64,000 bases of DNA from Dimorphilus gyrociliatus. Taxonomy: Eukaryota > Animalia > Annelida. The position numbers were made by a program, and so were the translations under genes. Under the pieces are notes generated by a model. It was not told the DNA's origin. It made no database searches and saw nothing but the letters and a program-made list of their open reading frames with translations. This document shows, piece after piece, positions 26,706 through 40,900 of this stretch. The stretch spans positions 2,776,504-2,840,503 of the forward strand of contig CAJFCJ010000003.1 in the NCBI GenBank assembly GCA_904063045.1. Direction: 5' to 3'. The stretch's first letter is position 1. Each line of letters starts with the position of its first letter.

Positions 26706-28463
26706 GAATATAATCTTTATTGTTTACTTTTATTAAGAAAAGAGACTATCGAACAAACATGAATATTAGTTACAATGAGGAAAAAATTCGGGGTTTGTTA
26801 GGATAACATGTCTTTTAACCCAGAGTTTTTTTCTCTCATTCCATTCTCTTAATCTTTTTGGAACATGGTGCTTCTTCCTGTGTAGAATTAAATTCAAGTA
26901 ACTGAAAATAATCAAAAAAAATAAAAAACAATACTACAGTAAATTTTTATGAAGAAAAACAAGCTATTTAGGCTGCTTTATAGAGAACCGACCCTTTCGT
27001 TTTATTTAAAATTTTTTCCTTTTCTCGTTTTACTTTGTTCTTTTTTATTATTTTAAACAGTTTTTCTCCTTTTCCTATATATTTAAAAAAAATTAGTTTT
27101 ACAAACTTGTTTAACATTTAAATGACACTTACAAATCTCATTTGGAAACTTATTTACAATAATTATAAATATACAGTTTTGTATAATTTTCTTGTTTTGT
27201 AGATTACGTTATCTTTCAACAAAAAAAAAATCAAAAAAAAAACAAAACATGGATTTTTTCCCCCAAAATAATTTTTTAAAAATTAAAATATAAATAATAT
27301 ATTTCAATTAACAAATAACGATAACTAGACTTATGCAAGAGTTACCTGAATGAGAAAATGTTCTACATTTAGTATTTTTTCAAAAACATAATTAACCTTA
27401 TAAGAAATTTCACAAAAAATTGTCAAAATTCTGCATAAAAAGGATTGTTGCCACTTTTTTATCGAGTAATATACGAAACATGTATATATATATACTGTAT
27501 ATATATATATATATGTCTTTGTTTATATATTTATATAAATATATGCATCAATTCATAAATGTCATAGGCCAACAAGCTCTTATTTTTTGTTTTTTCTTTA
27601 TTGTGCAATTTCATGTAATGAATTCAAAAAATAAATAAATATTTGCTTGTGATAACTATAACAGCATCTCTCTCATTACACATAATATATATATATAACA
27701 TAAAAACCACCTACAATGTCTGAAGTAAATACTTGTGATGTATATACTATAAATTATGGAGGAAATATTGATTCAAAGTAAACAACAAAGAAAAAAAAAC
27801 ACCTAAAAATCTAGTCGTATGGCTCTCAAAAAATATAAACATATTCCTCTAAATTATAGAAAGATAGAAAGGAAATTACTGTTTTATCTGCAAATATTAA
27901 ACTGTAATTACTGCTGGATAGAGAAGGAATATTAATTTTAATATTTTCGTACGAATATTTTATATAACAATATTACAAATATTAGATATTTTATAGAGAT
28001 AATGAGAAAGATAACTCTATAAACCAAACAATAAAGGTTAAAGAAAAGAATGGAGAATTGATTATACAAAGAAAAAGTTCAAATAAAATCAAGAAAATAA
28101 ACCGACAAATCCAATTGAAAAGGAAATATCCAAGTATTTATACAATAGTATTACTTATTACATTTAAATATCATCCTTTATAAAGTACTATTAGTATTTC
28201 TTATTAGTTTATTATAAATTATAGCTAAAGAAACAAAATTACTATATAGAAATCAATTTGGTGAAAAATCAAGATTTATTTAAAATGACATTCTCTCCCT
28301 ATTCTCCAAGTGGTGCAGAGAGATTTTAAGAGAAAACAGCATGCAATGCAGTATATATTTATATATAAACTATTCATATGCAATAATATTTCTTTTGCGG
28401 TATATAAACTGTACTATAAAATTTTTCTATCGTATATAAAAAATTCAAATTTCAAAATAAATA

Positions 28464-30612
28464 ATGAAAATCTATGATTATTATTACAGCATTTGTTTCT
28501 TTAATTTAATTAACTATTCTTTATGTTCTGGTATTCGCTGCAATCCTAGTGCTAGTATTGATACATTCCTCTACTGTACTAATGATTATCTACCAGGCTA
28601 TTTAGAGTTAAATGACCTTAATAGAAATTTATCATTAGTATCATCAATGTTTCTTACCTGCGCGAAAACTGTTCGAGATAATTATTCAAATTATACAATA
28701 AATGAGAATTTATCGTTTTTGAAGATTATTAATTGTAACGAAAGGATATTAATTAAAATTACTTCAAAGATTAATGAAATTAGTCTAATTGACTCTTCAT
28801 TACCACTTTTCACACAAGTATTTTACATTTTTCTTTCATTTATCCATCATACTAATTTATCATCGTGTCCTACAACTAGAATTATACAGTATCTACAATC
28901 TCTATAAGTTTTAAAAAGCAGTATAGGCCTATAATGTTGAAAAATAAGAATAATAGTTTAAAAATAAAAGTAAAAAGTTTATGGATAGAATCAAAATTGA
29001 ATTATATAAAGTATAAAGATATAATAGATGGATTAGATATAATACAATCATTCCATATTCTACGCAAAGTTTGTTTAGATAATCTCGACCTGAAAAGCTT
29101 AAATATAAGTAAATTAACAACGTTTTACGCCATCAATTGGAATAATAGATTAGATAAATTATTTAAATTATTTAATACTTCTTTAAATATAAAGAGTTGT
29201 ATTTATATAGAAAATGGTAGAATGAAAGAATGTAAAAAATCATTAAAAGTATTTGAAGCTGATAGATTTAAATGTTTTATTAATAAAGAAAACGAAAAAC
29301 AAATTATCTGCTCTCTATCCGAATTTCCATTAGAGGATTACAGTAATAATCTTATTAATTTGTTGAAGATTAATAGTTATATCAAAGATTTATTAATAAC
29401 TTGTAATTATTTTATGAGATTACCGAATGATATTAAAAGAGATTTAATTGTTGTCCTCCATAAAAGATATCGTATTGAAACACTCAGAATTATGGGATGT
29501 ACTAATAGAAGAGATATTATATGTAAAAACTGCAAATTTACCAATGTTTACTTGTATAATTTCAACAATAAATGCCTATTTAGATATTCTCAAAATACGT
29601 ATATTTTTGATACTGTTTCAAAAGGTTGCGGTACGACTGGTAACCTTTTTATCGATTCAATTAAAAAGTCGATAACGATATGGAATATTCAATTGTTTAC
29701 TAGTAATAACTTAAGAATTATCAATAATCTTATAGTTAAGAGTAAAATTATCCTTACTAATCCTTTAAGGGATAATCCTAAAGAATTAAAAAATGTTTTA
29801 ATTTCTCTAAATGGTTCGTTAATTATTCCCAAACTTCATGGTTGTATTAACGATAAACAATGGTTAATCGATGTATTCCGTTATAGGTTAATGAAATATG
29901 GAACAAAAGTTAATATCAATTATATTAATTAACTAATTTATCTTATCTTATTCATATTATTCTCCAATAGAATGCAAGAGATATTTTAGGAATTTCTAAT
30001 TGCGTTTGTTACAAGACAAATACAAATAATACAGAATTCTATCAATTAATGAATATTAATGATAGCCTAATTTCTTTTAATTTCAAAGTAAATAGCTGTA
30101 AAGCTATTGGAAATCTAATAGAAAATGAACTAAAGCCTAGAACAATATCATTTGTTACGGACGCTTCGTTGGGATCAAAATCTACTTATTCAATATATCT
30201 AGTACTTTTCGGTACTATCGTATTCTGCGGATTGATTATTCTATTAGGAGTATTATTCTTCGGCGTTCATACACCAATAGATTCAACATTAACCAATAAC
30301 GAACTATCTAGAATAGAAAATTTAAAAAAATTAAAAGAGAAATTATCTCTTAAATATAATGAAAGTAATGAAATTTTCAATAATATTGATGTATTATATA
30401 AAAGGAAATTACGTAATTACGAGAGAAAGATAAAGAGAGATAAGAAATTATCAAAAATACTTAAAGGAAGAGCAATAATTAGAAGGAGTTTCTGTTTATG
30501 TAAAATATTTAGTTTACTATTTTATTTTCAGTATAAAAAACAGATTTTGGACGAACGTAATCGAGTTATAAATGATTTAGTTGACGAGAATGATAAATAT
30601 ATAAATGAGTAG
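28464..30612 (+). CDS. Uncharacterised type-I membrane protein with degenerate LRR-like ectodomain; exons 28464-28817, 28880-29908, 29971-~30612
   Basis: Three collinear ORFs join in frame through two 62-nt GT-AG phase-0 introns (28818-28879, 29909-29970). Possible signal peptide, LxxLxIxxC/N-like motifs, one TM segment (IYLVLFGTIVFCGLIILLGVLFF) and a basic/coiled-coil tail. A further small intron near 30490-30530 is possible. Confidence 0.65.
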
Positions 30613-30711
30613 CTGAGGAACGTCTCTTACATCTTTATGACAGTAAAACTTTATAACGTTAACGTAAAATGTATTTTTTAATTTAAAAGCAATGTTTTAT
30701 TAATACTATTA

Positions 30712-32969
30712 CTATGATTCACTATTCAATAGTGTGCAATAATTTTTCCATCTATTTAGGCAATGCTGTCGTTGTTCCCTTAATTTTGCTAATATTACAT
30801 CGTCTGCAAATTCTTCCTCATCTGATTCTAGAATAGAATCGAGAACTTTTTCAAATTCTAAACCATTCTGCTCTTCTTTCAAATTGTCTTCTTCGTTTTC
30901 AACAGCCTCAACAAAATCTCTTTCCGGTACTTCCTGTTCTAAGCCGTAAATAGATTTTTCTATAACGTGACTGATTGTATCTTCGACCCTTTCTTTAATC
31001 TGACCGTCTGGAGTGTTTGTTAGAGTTTCATTCTCCTCAATTTCTAAGCTTAATTGAACGTCTGTTTCTGTATCAACCATTTTTTTTTCACCATTTGTTT
31101 GACAACCAGTAGAGCATAGTACAATTTCCTGTTTGTCAGCAATTTCTCCTTTTTCCTCCTTTTCTACTTCAAACTTGTTAAAATTAGTTTGACAACTTGT
31201 GGATAATGTTTGTAGAATTGGTGTTGTTATTTTGTCAGCTGGTATCGTCAAACCAACTTCCGGTGTATTGTCTTTACTCTCCGCGACATGAGACGCACTA
31301 CAATGGCAAAAGCTAGAAGAGGATGGTGGTTGTAAAAGCAGGGAAGTGTTTCTATTGAATCTTTGTAAAGAAGGGGATATTTGTTTGCCAGACACTCGGA
31401 ATGTAAACGATTTTAATTCTTTTCTCATATCTGCAACCTTGTCTTCCAAGCTTTTAATATCCTGTACAGTAATGAAAGTGCAACCGTAATTAAGGTAAAA
31501 AAAATAGACAAAATTCAATGTTACAAACAGTTTCGTCTATGTTTTCCCTGGGTTTTGGTTGCTGCGGTTGATATTTTCGTTTTGCTCTCCATTCCGCAAG
31601 AATATCGTTGCTTTTGGCGATGAGATCTGATTTATCTAATTGAATTTTCGATTGAGAATATTGTGGGCGGTTTGGTAGCTTCTGTGAAACGCTTGTTAAA
31701 TGCGATGATAAATCTGATGAGTCGTGAGATTTTAAGCCATCCGTTGATACGAGAGCAATGCATTCGTTATCAGATGCTAAACTGGAGCTTCTTTTATTTT
31801 TAATAAAGAAAATAGTTAATCAAATCGTAAAATAAAGAATTTAATTAATTACTTTTCTATTAATTTATCAGCTTTGGCTTGCAATTCTAAAAAGGTTCTG
31901 TCTCTCCAAGGATTATTCGACTCAATACTTTGTCTAAGTAACTACAAGAAAGAATTTATACATATATTAGATATATATGTATATACATTATAATACTGTA
32001 TACTATACTGTATACTGTATGTAATCTTAATAACTTAAGTGACTATTAATTGCTCACTTCTTCCTCTAAGTTCTTTCTTTCTTCTCTTAAATCATCAAGT
32101 GTTTTGAAAGATTTTTGATTATCTTTTAACCACCAGAAATCTTTTTCGTTTGGCTTACTACGTTCCTCCCTACTCTTTGGCTCTTCTGTACGAAATCTTT
32201 CTAAATATCTATAAGAGAAAGAAAGAGAAATAATCATACGTTTGTCCGAAAATAATAGTTACTTGGCAACTGTAGAGGAATCTGCACTGTTATTTTCTTT
32301 ATAAGAATCGATATCATTTTCTATTGAGGTTGTAGAATCTTTACCATCGTAAGATTTTGAATTATAACGTTTAACATCTTCTCGCCTTTTGAAATAGTTG
32401 TCAACTCTTTTAGGGATTCTTGTAGATCTTTTAGTGTAATTTTCCTTTGCTCTCTGAGGCTTTCTGCAAGGCAGAAAGCACTAGTTGATTTATGTGTAAT
32501 ATATTTAGTATTTCATTTACTCACTTTGCATCTACAGTTGGTGAGGACCAGCTCTCAGTTAATTTTTTATCATACTAAGTGGATTCAATTAGTTGTATTA
32601 TTTTGACGAATACTTTAAATGGAGCTATTCATTACCTTTTCTTGATCTATTATGGGCCAGTCTGATAAGAATCTACTGGATGACTCAAGAGGTTCTTGCA
32701 TAGCATCTGATGGAAATTTTCTTTGTGAACCTATGGCAGAATCACGTAGACATTTTGGAAGATTTAGGTCTGGTGTTGGCATATAAAACGAGCGGGGAAA
32801 CTCTTGAGAGTTGAACGGACTAGCAAACAGAAACGTGCTTATACATGAACGTTTGAGCGATAATAAAGCATACAGAATGTTGTTTAATTAAACAGTTGAT
32901 ATTTGATATCAAAATTACCTCGAAGTCATAGAGAAAGTGGAGATCAGAGTCAATTTTCATCAAATTCAT
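30712..32969 (-). CDS. PROSER3: PROSER3-like protein (multi-exon; ends approximate)
   Basis: Spliced exons give VAK|YLERFRTEEPKSREER...DFWWL, LQAKADKLI and C-terminal EEFADDVILAKLREQR, matching the short conserved blocks I recall from PROSER3/C19orf55. Confidence 0.65.
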
Positions 32970-33100
32970 AGAAAATTTTTATTGTGATTATAATCTTGTC
33001 TTATTACAGAATTTAAAAAGTTAATACGCTGCCTAGATATTTAAGCGTTCATCACAATAACATAGCTGGCGATCTGTGAACAGGAGACCAGTCATTTTAC

Positions 33101-33113
33101 TTTTGGCGCCAAA
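33101..33113. promoter_or_regulatory. Palindromic E2F-like site TTTTGGCGCCAAA
   Basis: Near-perfect palindrome about 130 bp upstream of the PROSER3-like ATG, abutting TTTGAA on the minus strand. Confidence 0.4.
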
Positions 33114-33669
33114 TTCAAAAGCGTAATAAAATAACTTCAAAAAGATTTTATTCTGATAACGAAAAGATAAGAAAATACAATAAGATAAGATAAAAAATAT
33201 AATAAATTATCAAAGAATATGGTCCTTTTATAAGGATACAAATAGTTAAATAAATGCAAGCAGCTACTTTGGAATCCTACCTAGAGCAGGTCTTAATAAT
33301 TAATGCTTGCATATTAAGTAGTATAATATCTATTATAATTATTTCATGAGAATATATATTAATGAAATTTCTTTTATTACATAAAAATCAAAAATTGCAT
33401 TGAAACGTTAAATTAATTAAAACTTTACATTTTCATCACAAAACTGAATTTGATTTCCTCAAATGTTCAAGATATACGAACAGGCACGATATGAAATATT
33501 TCATTAAACTAAGACTTAGAAAGTTTGTCAGATACAAATTGCGAAAAGGATTAATATGCCATTTCTATCATTAAACATAAGCTAAAAAGCAATATTCTAC
33601 AATGGCTTCTCTATGAGTTCTGCAATGTGTTTGGTCCCTCTAAAGGGAAAGGTAGGGAAAACAATGAAA

Positions 33670-36600
33670 TTAAAGTTTTCCATTCTTTTTATTGTTATTT
33701 TTTTTTTCACAATCAGAACTCTCTACTTCAGATTCGCTTCTTTCGTCTTTCTCCACCTAAAAGGAGCAGGAAACCACAATTAAAATCGTTTGGATATTTA
33801 AATATGTGAAAATTAAACTTACAGTTCCAGTGATGATATATTTATACACCATTTTACAAATGAGAAAAAACCAATATACATGTAGAATCTGTTTTGGAAG
33901 AAAAACAAAAGTTCTTTGTCATTCATTCATATTCAACAGCAATTAATATCATTGATAATTTATAAATTATGGCACGAAAGAGAAGTATATAAGTATATAT
34001 TCCCCCTGACAATAAATAGTTATTATAAATTCATTCTGTTACCTGCAGAAGGGTTAATAAAGAGCAGTAGATAGTGTGCATTGGAAAATATCCAACATAT
34101 GAAATAATTTCAAAGTAAGCTGCGTAGAGTAAACTGTAAAGGGAAAAATAGATTAAAAACTATGACAATTCACCTCTTCAGAGGAGGGAATATTTTATAT
34201 TTACTTACTAATATGGATAAATGAACAATCGAGTTATGGCCCAAACAATTGTAAAGCAAACAAACAAGAAATCTGTTAGCTTTGAATATCCTAAATATTT
34301 CGCCAATTTGGCTCCCTGTTTTTTTTTGTAATGAAAAAGTAGGAATTGAGTATAAATTTACATGCTGATAGTGTCATTTCAAGTCGTTACCTCCATCCAC
34401 CAGTCGACAGCGTCATGAATTACCATGACCAAAGCCCCAAATCGAATAAAATTTGTCATGAATGTAAAAACAGTTAGAATTATCGTCGATATATGATGGC
34501 TAAACATTTCATAAAAGTCCTATTTATAATAAAGTGAAAAACACGTTATTTTCGTGAAAAACAATTCATATCATTAGTGTGTTTAAAAATTAAAAGATAG
34601 TAACCTTTCTTTTTACATCCATAAAAGATGACATTATCAAAGACCAGTAGAATGCAATTTCTATTTGATAGTACCACCATATCGATTGATCAATTGGCTA
34701 TAAAGATAGAAGGTGTTAATAAACACTGAAAATGATATATCTTGATTCAATGCATGCACATAAGGGTAGAATACATAGGAATGAGTACCTGATACGGGAA
34801 ACCAATCCAACAGTGTCTTGTATCACTAAAATATGGTTTCTTTATATGAAATAATATTAAAACGTTAAATTAATGCGTCAAAAAATATGTATTATTATAA
34901 TACGAACATCCCATAATGCCCAGATAGCATACCAAAAGATACCTTTGTAGAAAGCAAATCTCCAGCTGTTAAAACCGCATCAAATTAGCTCTTTGCTACA
35001 TTTGCAATTAGCAACCGATTCAGTGATAACTTATAATAATGTTGATTAACTCTAGAGTTGTTTATAAATGTATTGTTTTTACAATGAATTAACTTACATT
35101 GTTATTTCTTTCCCATAGAAGCCTTGTTTACTCGTATGTTATACAGAAATTTTATAAGTATAGAAAAAAATCGTACGATTAATCTTTCCTTTTCACATTT
35201 ATCTTTATGATCTGTACTAAAAATTTTCGTGACCCTGAATTATATAGTCTAAATATAAAACTAGAGTATCCTACGATTCACATATAGCATTAGACCAGCT
35301 TACTAATCAACTATATAAGTAAATCAATACACTAGTGATAAATAGATTTCCTTTAACTATTAGTATCTACAAAAATTATCTACTAAGGATTGAAAGTTAT
35401 AAGTAACTTATATTAAAAAGTTTTCCAATATACAGTATAAAAAGGTGTACTATTTTTAAATTCTTGGTTAAAGAACAAATGTCTTGTTTATAATATATTT
35501 TTTTCTATAGAATTATACCGAGATCAAATATTTTTACCCATAATAAACTAAATAAATCAATAAACTTTGCTAAAATAGATCCTTTGTTTCTTTGTAAAGA
35601 AAATTACGATATAAAACAAAGCAAGATATTTATATATTATACACTAATTAACTTAGTTATTAAAAGTATAGGTTATTTTGAACATCCAGTTAAAAGGTTT
35701 TTCTTATAACGCCGATAATAATAATAATAATAATATAAATTCTAGCCTGGTTTCCTTAAACTTTTGCATGACACTTGGATTACACGATACCCTCTTTCTT
35801 CTAAACCATCTCTCGACTTGTCTTGTGCTCATATCGGTTTTTTTTGCGAGGTCCTATCATTTCATTAGTAAATATATAATTCACTTTATAGTAAGTTATT
35901 ATTACCAACCTCTAAAGCAGGTCCTTGAGGAATCGCTTTGCGTTTCTTAAAAGCCTGCTCCAAAGCTTCAATAGGTTGAGGAGCTTTAGCTGGTTTTTCT
36001 TTTAGCTTATAATATTTTCCAATTGGGGAAGCAAAAAATCTATTAAAAAAAGAGAAGATAACAGCAATAAAAAAGTTCAAAGTATTAATTTATTTATATA
36101 GTTATATATATTTTTATAATATTAAAAAAAAATTTTATATAGACAGATGGCAAACCATATTAATTTTAATAAAAACTAAATGAACTTTATTAAATGAAAA
36201 AAGTAACAAATTTATTATTTCCATTTATATCTATAGCGTCTAGTTTAGGTAATTAATATGTTCATATACAAAAATATTATTTATTACTATAATGGAATAA
36301 CTATAAAAGTAAGCAATGCTTTTCCATTGTAAATATTAAAGCGTAAAAATCAAGGTAACAATGATATTCTTATGTTATATTTGCATTGATTCAATAGGCG
36401 TAAACTTCTTATCGTAAAAATTACTGTGTTCTTTTCAATGGGTTTTTTTTTTTTTTATCCCATATGAATGACCGTATTAGTTATTTGACTAATGATTGCG
36501 GATTGAACGCCTTTTCTATTAACTATTGTCATATTAGTAACTTTAGAAAATTGTCAATTAAGTTAGGCATTCAAGTACTTTAGCATTAAGCCCACGTGAG

Positions 36601-37059
36601 TTACTATATTTTATTCATGTAAAACGTCTGTAACCGTTTTTAAATTATTTTATTTTACCGTTGATGGTGACTAACCCCTGAAAGCAGTCCTAGTTATTAA
36701 TTAACCTATATAGGTTCTTACATATATTATGGCAAAATAATCCGCCTAGTTCTTTGATTTTTTAGGGAAATAACGAATTAAACAATAGATTATACTTTAA
36801 AATATAACTGTAAATCTGCAAATTTCAGTCATCGAGACTTATGGTAGTAATTTCCAGTAACATTAAAGAAGTAATAGATTATCGCTCACCTCTCAAAACA
36901 CAACCTAACAAAAAGTAGTAGAAACGCAAAAGGAATAGGTAATAAGGCTTCCCAAGCATTTGGCAATCGTGTATCTTTATGTTGTTCGAAATCTTTCCAA
37001 GTTATATTGGGAGGCAGCCAAAAGGAGTCCGTCCAAAACCACTCCGAAAATTTTTCCAT
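33670..37059 (-). CDS. CERS: Ceramide synthase (LASS/CerS, TLC domain with homeobox-like region), tandem copy A
   Basis: FWTDSFWLPPNITWKD, RQVERWFRRKR, KFKETSWRF, Lag1p motif RKDFYEMFSHHIS...VIHDAVDWWME, acidic tail EKDERSESE; about 10 short exons. Confidence 0.93.
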
Positions 37060-37981
37060 TTCTGAATCACTTAGTAGAGATAGGTGAAATGCATTTCGTT
37101 TAGACTGGTATCTCAGTCAACACCTAAGTAGCTTTTACTACTCTTGCAGCATGAAGCGAGGAATCAGTCTAAAGCAAACTCTTGTAATTTATATATCTAT
37201 ATATAGCTCATATACACTATATATACAAATTAACGCAATGCTGAGTTTGTTGACTATGTTGCTAATGCAACTATAATTTCTCGTCAAATGAGCGTCCGTC
37301 AAAATAAGATTTCCTTAGCTATGTTGAATCACAATTTTTTACAGGGACATGACGTCCTTTAAAGGTTTATAGTCTATTCAGGTTAGATAATTCTGCCTAA
37401 TCGACCGATAGAATACTAAACTATATAAAATTTCACTCTAATATATATTTTAGTATTATTTTTCAAAGCAGTTTATTACATTTGAGAATTGCATTAGTTT
37501 GTTTATGTTTTCTTTTAAATATTACATAATAAAGTACAATATCTAATAAAAAACAGAAATATTCACAAGAAAAAAAATAAGAAACAATCTTTTCTTTAAT
37601 TTAAACTATTTTCAGTTAAATAAAGTTAAAATCTTTCTTGTTTTTCATTCGTAAATAGTTTCTTAAAGATACAATTGTACTATATTTTGGTATACTATTT
37701 GGTAAAATGAGAATCATATTGGCAAGATACAAGGAATACAAGAATTAAATATGTGACATATCATTTGTAAGAGTTAGACTTGGTCTTGTAATAATTGCTT
37801 AAAAAATAATCTTTAATTTGTATAAAAGGTCGTAAACTTACTTAAATTTATGAAAAATGTAGATTAATTCGAATGGGGGGCGTCATTCCAGTTATACAAC
37901 ATACAAAAGTTATGTATAACTTTTCAGCTCTCACCATTACTAGCTTATAAGGGGAAGATAGTAGTAAATATCAAGGAAAAT

Positions 37982-40900
37982 TTACGTCTTCTTCCCATTA
38001 CTGAGAGAATTATTATTCTTTTGTTCATTTTCTGAGCTTTCAACTTCTGATTCACTTCTTTCATCCTTTTCAACCTATGAATAATTGAAAACAGTTTTGA
38101 ATCACGACATAATTATTATGCAATCATTTATTAAATATTAAAAAAACTTACCGAACCAGTTATAATGTATTTGTAAATCATTTTACAAATTAAATAGAAC
38201 CAGTAAATATGAAGAACCTGATTTAAAAATTAACACATTTTAATATAGTTCTAAAGAAATTAAACAAAGAATAATTACTTGAAGAAATGTCAAAAGTATA
38301 CTAAAGATCTTGTGCATAGGGAAGCCACCAACTATGTCTATAACATCGAAGTAGACCGAATACAATATGCTAAATTAATTATAAATATTTTGATAAAAAT
38401 TAGTTTTTTTCATTAAAAACATTAAATAAATTTGGATATTTACTAGAACGGATAGATGAATAATCTTGTTATTGCCCAAATGATCGTAAATATGATAAAA
38501 AGAGCATCTGTTAATTTTGAATATCCGGTATATTTAGCAAGCTTAGCACCCTATATTTAAATAAATAATATTCATGAATGTCTTAAGAGTATTAATATGC
38601 GCATTACGTGATAATATTTAATTAATATTTACCTCCATCCACCAGTCAACAGTATCGTGTACGACAAGTATTAACGCACCAATTCTTACAAAGTTACTAA
38701 CAAAACTAAGAACCAAAAGAGCTATTGTTGCCATATGGTGACTTAACATCTCCATGAAATCCTATAATGAGAGAAGATTGATTGTTAAATGACAAATGGA
38801 GAAATATTTTTTTTTAAATTTACTTTTCTTTTAACATCCATAAAGGAAGACATAACCAAAGACAGATAGAAGGAGATTTCTAGCTCGTAATACCACCAAA
38901 CATATTTATCAACGTGCTATAAAAATATGAAAATAATAATTAAGATAATTTTTAGATTCTGGTTAAATTGTAAATAGAAACCTGATATGGAAAACCTTCC
39001 CAACATTTCCGAGCATCGACAAAATATTCTTTCTGTAATGAAAGTAAAAATGTATATATATATATATATATATATAAGTAAAAGTACAGTATTCTGTATA
39101 TTTGACTATAAAGTGATTAGGCTAAAGTAATAAATAGTGTCTACATAAGGAAAATAGATTATATAGTCAAAAAAAGTACATGAAGAGAAAATATGGGTTT
39201 GATATCAAGACTGTAGATATTATTCTTTTCCAAGAGGAACTTGATTTTTTACTACAACAACTTATCTTTCAATCCTTGTGACAAGAGTATGTGCTACATC
39301 AAAGTCCACAAGCCTGCTTTTGAAAACATAATTGAGAAAAGGTAACCAGCCTTTAGGCATTATTGAATAGAAAAATGATGCTACTACAAACTAGCATTAA
39401 TATGTCCTTTGTAGAAGAAACTTGAAACAAATCGATACAGTATTACAATTGTTTACAAAACTTTCAATAAACACGTGTGAGAGAGAAACAAAGATAATGA
39501 ATATTACAACGATACTATTAGAATCTTTCTAATAAACATATCAATGTTTCATAAGGAAATATAAATCCTTAAAAATTATTTCAAAAAATATCATATAGAG
39601 GTCATTACTAGAAGTGTGCTAAAAAAAATTCGTACGATCATCTATATAAAAATTATGATTTGAAAACTGCTTTTAGTTAATTTATTTGCTATTCAGGTAT
39701 TTATCTAAAATATTGAGTTACAAGTTTGTAAGCTCAAATCAATAATTTCCGGTATAAAATAAATTTAGAATAAAGGGAGAAATTAGCCATAAATAAAATA
39801 ATATCAATACAAACTGAAATAGAAGAAATTGAAAGGTTTTTAGGGTAAAGAATAAGAGATAACATGAGAGAGGTCTAAGGAATGTATACCAATTCAAGTT
39901 ACTAAATAGAACACTGAGGAAATGTATAATTTATAGGGATAAGATTACAAATGTTGTTGTTGTTCTCTATCATGACTCTAAGTGTGATAAGAGATAAATT
40001 TCTTATAAAGCTGGTTATAAAATTTGAACGAGGTTCAGAATAATTCGTTTTCAGTTTGGTTATTTTCTATTAAGATTTTATATAAATTTTACTTACATCC
40101 CAGAGTATCCAAATTCCATACCAGAAAGCAATAAAGTAGAAAGTAAACCTCCAGCTAAAATAAAAGAAAATGACATATTATTTGTATGTTATCATACATT
40201 CAAGCATTTCTTAATTTGTATATTTCATATAGTTTATATCAAACAGTGCCCTCTGTTGCATATACAAGCGATCACGCCATATAAATATCAGGTGATCACG
40301 CCATAAAAATATTATGCAATCATGGCGTAAAAAACCCTGACAGTAAAAAACTGGGATATTCTGTTCTTTATTAATCGTGACATTTCTCCTATCCTTGACC
40401 TCACCTACTGTTGGCAGTTAATAAACATTTTTCACATATTAGAATAGTGAATCTCGTCTTTATTCTAACTAGTTTGGTTAAATATCGCTATTTTTAGGCT
40501 TTCATTCAAACAATTTCTAGTATTAAAGATAACATAGTTACTAAACAATCCATACATATTTTCTAGACTCATTAGAAACTAGATTTAAGACAATCTAAAT
40601 TTAAATATGTATGTTAGATAGTATATTCTTATGATAATAATTTCCTTATTAAAAAATAAAGAAGAGTTTTCTAAGTTTTTAATTAAAATAATAAATTCTA
40701 CCTGGTCTCTCTAAATTTTTGCATAAGACTTGGATTAAGCGATACTCTTTTCCTTCTCCACCATCTTTCTATTTGTCTTGTAGTTAGATCAGTCCTCTTT
40801 GACAACTCCTACGGCAAAACTAACTTATATAGGTATTTATCTATCAAAGGGAAGAAAAATTACGTTTAGGCGATCTTCCTTCGGTAAAGACTTTCTCAGT

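Noticed and set aside
39217-39341. AG/GT-flanked open frame on the + strand inside a CerS-B intron (possible nested gene exon)
   Set aside because: No partner exons or recognisable motif found; plausible by chance.
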